A stretch of 64,000 nt of DNA from NCBI GenBank assembly GCA_020353515.1, contig CP070695.1, forward strand, positions 1,419,216 to 1,483,215, given 5' to 3'. Both the position numbers and the translations under genes were made by a program. The stretch's first letter is position 1, and each line of letters starts with the position of its first letter. The DNA comes from Candidatus Heimdallarchaeota archaeon. GTDB taxonomy: Archaea > Asgardarchaeota > Heimdallarchaeia > Hodarchaeales > Hodarchaeaceae. Below, piece after piece: positions 59,034-64,000 of the stretch. The notes below the pieces were generated by a model. It saw nothing but the letters and a program-made list of their open reading frames with translations. It had not been told where the DNA came from and ran no database searches.

Positions 59034-59268
59034 AGAATAATTTTAATCGAATTAGTTAAGGTTTCTCTTGGCACCAATATATAGGTATTTTTCGATTGAC
59101 GCAGAAAAAAGAGAAAAAAATGGGAGGAATGATAATTTGTTTGCTTACGGTCTGTTTTGATAATATCCATCATAAATGTAAGTAGCATTATCATCGACTG
59201 ATGTACCTATCCATCGTTGAGGAGTCATGTAAGGTTGAAGAGGAGGAGGATAATTTTCATTTAACTCC

Positions 59269-59646
59269 ATGATAAAATTATATGTATAGTTATATAACTC
59301 CCACAAAGAGACTCTATCGTCAGATGATCTTTGTATTATTAGCTATTGGGGTAAGAGTACGAAAAAAATTCAAAGAATTGGTGAAATAACAAACGCCTTT
59401 GTACTTGGAAGATTTGAGGAAAATATTACTTCTAAAGACGAATTAGTTAATTTTATCATGTCTAAACTTAATCAGGGAGAAAGTGCTTTAAATGGAACAA
59501 AATTAGAATCAGTTGACAGATATGTTATCGATGGACATGTATCATCTTTAGAACCCCTTGAAGACCTTACTCCAACCACTTTTTACAAAGATTGGTTTAT
59601 CGAGATTATGAGAAGATATGAGAGCGATCTTAAATCTAACTTTTAG
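59269..59646 (+). pseudogene. Hypothetical gene remnant with an in-frame TAG at codon 7
   Basis: ATG at 59269, TAG at 59287, then open through ORF 59458..59646. Confidence 0.35.
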
Positions 59647-59844
59647 TTTCAATTATTATTAAGAATCAAATGGAATAACACTATTAATCCATCTACAATT
59701 CTAATGAGTGAGAACCTTTTTTCCATAATATAAAATCAATAAAATTTGATTTATTGAAAGTGGAGAAAGAGAAAAAAATTTCAAAAGACTCTAATTAGTC
59801 TTAGTATAGAGGTAGATCGAATTTTTAATGGAGACATTTCAATA

Positions 59845-61638
59845 ATGGCTAAGGAGCAGCAGGAAAAGCAGCCTATTCGGAGTCCAATTACAGTCATTTT
59901 AGGACATGTTGATTCCGGTAAAACCAGCTTATTAGATAAAGTTCGTGGGACAGCTGTTCAAGCTCGTGAATCTGGGGGAATCACTCAACATATTGGTGCA
60001 AGTTTTTTCCCTGTTGAGACTATTAACAGCTTATGTGGAGAACTAATTGGAAAAGGCAAGAAGATGCTTCAAATTCCAGGTATACTCATTATTGACACTC
60101 CTGGCCATTCTTCTTTCTACAATCTCAGGGTGAGGGGCAGTAGCGCTGCAAATTTTGCTATTTTAGTCATTGATGTTCGTAGAGGCATTCAACCCCAAAC
60201 TGTCGAATCCTTAAGGATTCTAGTCCAACAAAAAGTACCATTTCTAATAGCAGCAAATAAAATTGATCGTCTTCCAGGTTGGAAAAGCTTTCCTGACACT
60301 ACTTTATTGAAATCATTATCAAGACAATCTAGTGGAACATTAGAGGCTCTACAATCTGTTATCTACGATGTCATGTCTGAGCTAAGTCATTATAATCTTG
60401 AAACAGATCGTTTTGACCGAATCAAAAATTTTGCAAAGAAAATTGCCATTATTCCTACCTCTGCCATTACTGGTGAGGGTATCCCTGAAATGTTTCTCGT
60501 TTTAGCAAGTCTTACAGAACAATACTTGAAAAAACAGCTAGAGTTGCACTTAGATAAAGGAAAGGGTGTAGTTCTGGAAGTAAAAAAGGAAGTAGGAATG
60601 GGTACAACTCTGGATGTAATCCTCTTCGATGGTACGATTAAGCAAAATTCTCAGATTGTATTAGCTGGCACTAATGGGCCTATTACAACTAATGTTCGCG
60701 CGGTCTTATTGCCTAAGGAATTAGACGAGATTCGTGATCCTCGAAAAAGATTTGACAGTGTTGAGCAAGCAACAGCCGCAGTTGGCGTTAAATTAGTAGC
60801 TCCAAACATTGATGAAGCCATTGCAGGATCATCAATTTATGTAGTCGATAAAAACGATGTTAATGAAGCAATAGTAAAAATTGAAGAGGAATTAGCCAGT
60901 ATTCTCGTTGAAACTGACGATGCGGGTGTTATTGTCAAAGCAGACACTTTAGGTTCCTTAGAAGCCCTGGTAAATTTCTTACGAGACTCTAACATTCAAA
61001 TTCGTTTTGCAGCTGTAGGTGATGTAACAAAGAAAGACGTTTACCAGGCTTCATTATCCAGAGAGAAAAATGAATATTATGGCATTATTCTAGGGTTTCG
61101 AGTAAAAGCTCTTTCTGATGCTCAAGATGAGGCAAATAAATCACAGATTCCAATTATTCAGGATGATATTATTTACCGTTTAGCCGAAGAGTACGAGACA
61201 TATCAATATGAAGTTCAACAACGTCTTGAAGAAGAAGCATTGAAAGATATTGTCCGACCAAGTAAGATTAAGGTACTACCTTATGTATTTAGACAAAGTA
61301 AACCATGTATTATTGGAGTTGAAGTGTTAGCAGGAATCTTAACACCTCAACTTAATCTCATTGACCGTGAGAATAAAAAAATTGGTTTCTTATTGCAAAT
61401 TCAAGAAAGTGGAAAGAATATTTCTCAAGCAAAGGTAACTGATCAAGTAGCAGTCGCCATTCGAGGCCCAACAGCAGGAAGACAAATTAAGGAAGGAGAT
61501 GAATTGTGGATAGATGTCCCTGAACCTGATGCGAGGAAAATCATGGAAGAGAAAATCCTAAGTGGCACAGAAATGGATGCTCTAGCCGAACTGGTTGAAA
61601 TTAAACGGCGAACTGTGAATAAATACTGGGCATTGTGA
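59845..61638 (+). CDS. infB: Translation initiation factor aIF5B (IF-2)
   Basis: GHVDSGKTS, GGITQHIGA, DTPGH, NKID, KADTLGSLEAL. Confidence 0.97.
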   Translation: MAKEQQEKQPIRSPITVILGHVDSGKTSLLDKVRGTAVQARESGGITQHIGASFFPVETINSLCGELIGKGKKMLQIPGILIIDTPGHSSFYNLRVRGSSAANFAILVIDVRRGIQPQTVESLRILVQQKVPFLIAANKIDRLPGWKSFPDTTLLKSLSRQSSGTLEALQSVIYDVMSELSHYNLETDRFDRIKNFAKKIAIIPTSAITGEGIPEMFLVLASLTEQYLKKQLELHLDKGKGVVLEVKKEVGMGTTLDVILFDGTIKQNSQIVLAGTNGPITTNVRAVLLPKELDEIRDPRKRFDSVEQATAAVGVKLVAPNIDEAIAGSSIYVVDKNDVNEAIVKIEEELASILVETDDAGVIVKADTLGSLEALVNFLRDSNIQIRFAAVGDVTKKDVYQASLSREKNEYYGIILGFRVKALSDAQDEANKSQIPIIQDDIIYRLAEEYETYQYEVQQRLEEEALKDIVRPSKIKVLPYVFRQSKPCIIGVEVLAGILTPQLNLIDRENKKIGFLLQIQESGKNISQAKVTDQVAVAIRGPTAGRQIKEGDELWIDVPEPDARKIMEEKILSGTEMDALAELVEIKRRTVNKYWAL

Positions 61639-61876
61639 TATTATTCGAATCAGTAGATTAGTTTTTCCTAGGGCACCCTTTATCACAAATATACAGATTA
61701 TTACTATTCTTTTTGCGAGAAGAAAACTCCAGAAGATCCTCTGGAGAATCATAAGAACTATTAAGAATAGAAAGAGATTCGACACGATATGACACGTATC
61801 ACCTAAAGAACATCTGGGTACAGATCACCACGGTTTTTCTAATAGGTCGATAATTAAAAAGACTTGAGACCTTAAA

Positions 61877-62257
61877 ATGGTAAGATTTCAACTCAATTTA
61901 GCTGATGGTAAACAGAGCTACAAGAAAGAAATCGATGATGATGCCATGACTCGTCACCTCATCGGAAAAGGTGTTGGGGATGAGCTCGAGGGGAACTTCA
62001 TCGGTTTTGATGGCTATTTGTTCAAAATTACAGGTGGCTCTGATCACTCTGGATTTCCGATGGTACCTGGGGTCGAAGGAGCAATGCCAAAACGTATTCT
62101 CATTGGTCATAGAGGTGTAGGGTACAAACCAACCAGAAAAGGGAAAAGACGTCGAAAACGTGTTCGAGGGCGATTAATCAGTGAGGATATTTATCAGATA
62201 AATCTAAAAATACTTACACGAGAGAAAGACAGTAAAGCTATAGAAGAATTATTATGA
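61877..62257 (+). CDS. rps6e: Ribosomal protein eS6
   Basis: FKITGGSDHSGFPM, RRRKRVRG, QINLKI. Confidence 0.96.
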   Translation: MVRFQLNLADGKQSYKKEIDDDAMTRHLIGKGVGDELEGNFIGFDGYLFKITGGSDHSGFPMVPGVEGAMPKRILIGHRGVGYKPTRKGKRRRKRVRGRLISEDIYQINLKILTREKDSKAIEELL

Positions 62258-62276
62258 ATCAGTTCCGAGGATTCCT

Positions 62277-63569
62277 ATGCCGAGAAAGAAGAAAAGATCT
62301 ACAGCAAAGAAGAAGAAAGCCACACCAGAACAGCCCAAGCAAGCTGAGATCTCGATAGGGATGATAGGGCATGTAGATCACGGAAAGTCAACATTAACCG
62401 AAGCTTTAACTGGTAAGTTCCCTGACACACATAGTGAAGAAATTCGTCGAGGAATCTCTATACGATTAGGATATGCTGAAACGGAATTCCGTGAATGTCC
62501 AGAGTGCGAAAACCCAACAAAATATACAACCCAGAAAAAATGTCCAATTTGTGGGAAGAAAACAGTTCTCCTACGTCGTGTTGCGTTTGTTGATGCTCCT
62601 GGCCATGAAGTTTTAATGGCTACCATGTTATCAGGAGCAAGTATAATGGATGGGGCACTTTTAGTCGTCGCAGCCAATGAAAGAGTTCCCATGCCTCAGA
62701 CTCGTGAACATCTCGCAGCTATGGAGATTATTGGGATGGAGAAGGTTATTGTTTGTCAAAATAAAATCGAATTGGTCTCAGAAAAGGCCGCTCTTCAAAA
62801 TTATAAAGATTTAAAGAAATTTATTTCGACATCTAATACAAAAGATTCTCCCATTATACCCATAAGTGCTATTCACCATACTAATATCGACATGCTTATC
62901 CAAAATATTGAGGAAAATTTCCCAACACCAAAAAGAGATGAAAGCCTTGTGCCACGAATGCTAGTTGCACGGTCTTTTGATGTAAATAAACCAGGTCAAT
63001 CCCCTACTAAATTAAAAGGAGGGGTTGTAGGTGGAAGTATTATCCAAGGGGAATTTTCTGTTGATGATGAAATCGAAATACGACCAGGGAATCGAAAAGG
63101 TAACAAATGGCAAGTTATTCGAACGAAAATAGTTAGTCTACGGTCTGGATTTGGTGACCTTCAGAAGGCATTACCAGGAGGCCTCATCGGAATTGGTACA
63201 AACATTGATCCTGCATTAGCGAAAAGTGATTCTTTAGTAGGACAAGTAGTTGGATATCCCGAAGAACTCCCACCAATTTGGGATGTACTAGAACTTGAGA
63301 GTCACCTATTAGAACGTGTTGTTGGAAGTGAGGTTCAGACTAAAGTACAAGACATTGAGATGAATGAAAATCTTATGTTAAGTGTAGCCACCGCCAAAAC
63401 CGTAGGAAAAGTGACAAAGACGGGGAAAAAAGCCATTCATATTGATCTTCGACTTCCTGTATGTGCAGATTTAGGTACTCGTATCGCTATTAGTCGTCAA
63501 ATCGATCGTAGATGGAGGTTAATAGGATGGGGGGTTATTAAAGGTGGGAAAGAACAACGACTCAATTAA
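62277..63569 (+). CDS. eif2g: Translation initiation factor aIF2 gamma subunit
   Basis: GHVDHGKST, EEIRRGISIRLGYA, zinc knuckle, DAPGHE, QNKIE, RSFDVNKPG, RWRLIGWG. Confidence 0.97.
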   Translation: MPRKKKRSTAKKKKATPEQPKQAEISIGMIGHVDHGKSTLTEALTGKFPDTHSEEIRRGISIRLGYAETEFRECPECENPTKYTTQKKCPICGKKTVLLRRVAFVDAPGHEVLMATMLSGASIMDGALLVVAANERVPMPQTREHLAAMEIIGMEKVIVCQNKIELVSEKAALQNYKDLKKFISTSNTKDSPIIPISAIHHTNIDMLIQNIEENFPTPKRDESLVPRMLVARSFDVNKPGQSPTKLKGGVVGGSIIQGEFSVDDEIEIRPGNRKGNKWQVIRTKIVSLRSGFGDLQKALPGGLIGIGTNIDPALAKSDSLVGQVVGYPEELPPIWDVLELESHLLERVVGSEVQTKVQDIEMNENLMLSVATAKTVGKVTKTGKKAIHIDLRLPVCADLGTRIAISRQIDRRWRLIGWGVIKGGKEQRLN

Positions 63570-63598
63570 ATTTCCCAACTTCAGATGGAGAAAGTCAA

Positions 63599-63982
63599 TT
63601 AATTTTCCTTGATACGAATTTTCTAATGGCACTTTGTCAAAATCCTAATTTCAACTTATCATACGAGTTAGATCGCGTTATTCCAGGGAAGCGGAGATTA
63701 ATTGTACTAGATCCAATTTTTTCTGAGCTTGAGAAACTGAATCTAAAAGGAAATCCTAAGGATCGAATTGAAGCTCGCGTAGCAATTGAGTTTGTCCATA
63801 AATATTGTCAACGATGGCCCTCTGAGTACAGCCACCGGAATATTGACTTTGTACTACTACATTACGGGAAAGAAAAAGACGGGATTATAGCAACAAATGA
63901 TCGCAAATTAAAAAGGATGGCCCGTAAAAACGGAATAAAACTTCTTTATATCCGTAATCAGAGATTTCTTGAATTACAATGA
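63599..63982 (+). CDS. PIN-domain ribonuclease (Fcf1/Utp24-like); start uncertain
   Basis: LIFLDTNFLM lies in frame upstream of the ATG at 63626; ELEKL, ID, IATNDRKLK; conserved position after aIF2-gamma. Confidence 0.85.
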   Translation, partial: LIFLDTNFLMALCQNPNFNLSYELDRVIPGKRRLIVLDPIFSELEKLNLKGNPKDRIEARVAIEFVHKYCQRWPSEYSHRNIDFVLLHYGKEKDGIIATNDRKLKRMARKNGIKLLYIRNQRFLELQ

Positions 63983-64000
63983 AAAAAATTTAAATTCATC

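Noticed and set aside
59269-59300. Pyrrolysine or amber readthrough at the in-frame TAG, linked to the CUA in the tRNA-like element
   Set aside because: TAG is used as a normal stop in this window, no pyl genes are present, and the element lacks a proper anticodon loop.
63540-63569. Programmed -1 frameshift fusing aIF2-gamma to the PIN domain
   Set aside because: The G-GGA-AAG heptamer is not in register with the aIF2-gamma reading frame.
1-64000. CRISPR arrays, rRNA genes, transposases or integrases
   Set aside because: I saw no regularly spaced repeats, rRNA-like GC-rich tracts, or recombinase/transposase motifs.

Overview
An AT-rich archaeal chromosomal segment. Its gene content points to Asgard archaea, probably Heimdallarchaeia/Hodarchaeales (inference): a roadblock/LC7 protein, eS26, Elf1, multi-OB RPA, and an 811-aa EF-2 with eukaryote-like insertions. 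In order it contains: (1) the N-terminal 460 codons of a strongly divergent PolD large-subunit (DP2) homolog, missing from the ORF track, at the end of a type IV pilus/Tad-like operon that is divergent from radA; (2) a small, partly decayed patch of secreted proteins; (3) a pyrE/F/C/K/D/I/B cluster, a HAD phosphatase and an adenylate-kinase/deoxyribosyltransferase-like fusion; (4) two surface-anchored phosphoesterases (S1/P1-PLC fold and EEP/DNase I fold) flanking an AfuA/Fe3+-family ABC transporter, with a repeated structured leader motif; (5) housekeeping genes (Rio2, Sm, eS26, EF-2, eS19, Elf1, RPA, Trm1, FtsJ, SRP19, aIF5B, eS6, aIF2-gamma), two intron-containing tRNAs and a bacterial-type PlsC; (6) an unannotated D-armless tRNA-like element beside a B12 radical SAM gene. 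The best novelty candidates are the pilus + degenerate DP2 + RadA module, the extracellular phosphodiester-scavenging locus with its candidate cis-regulatory RNA, and the tRNA-like RNA. All assignments come from reading motifs by eye; no database searches were run.
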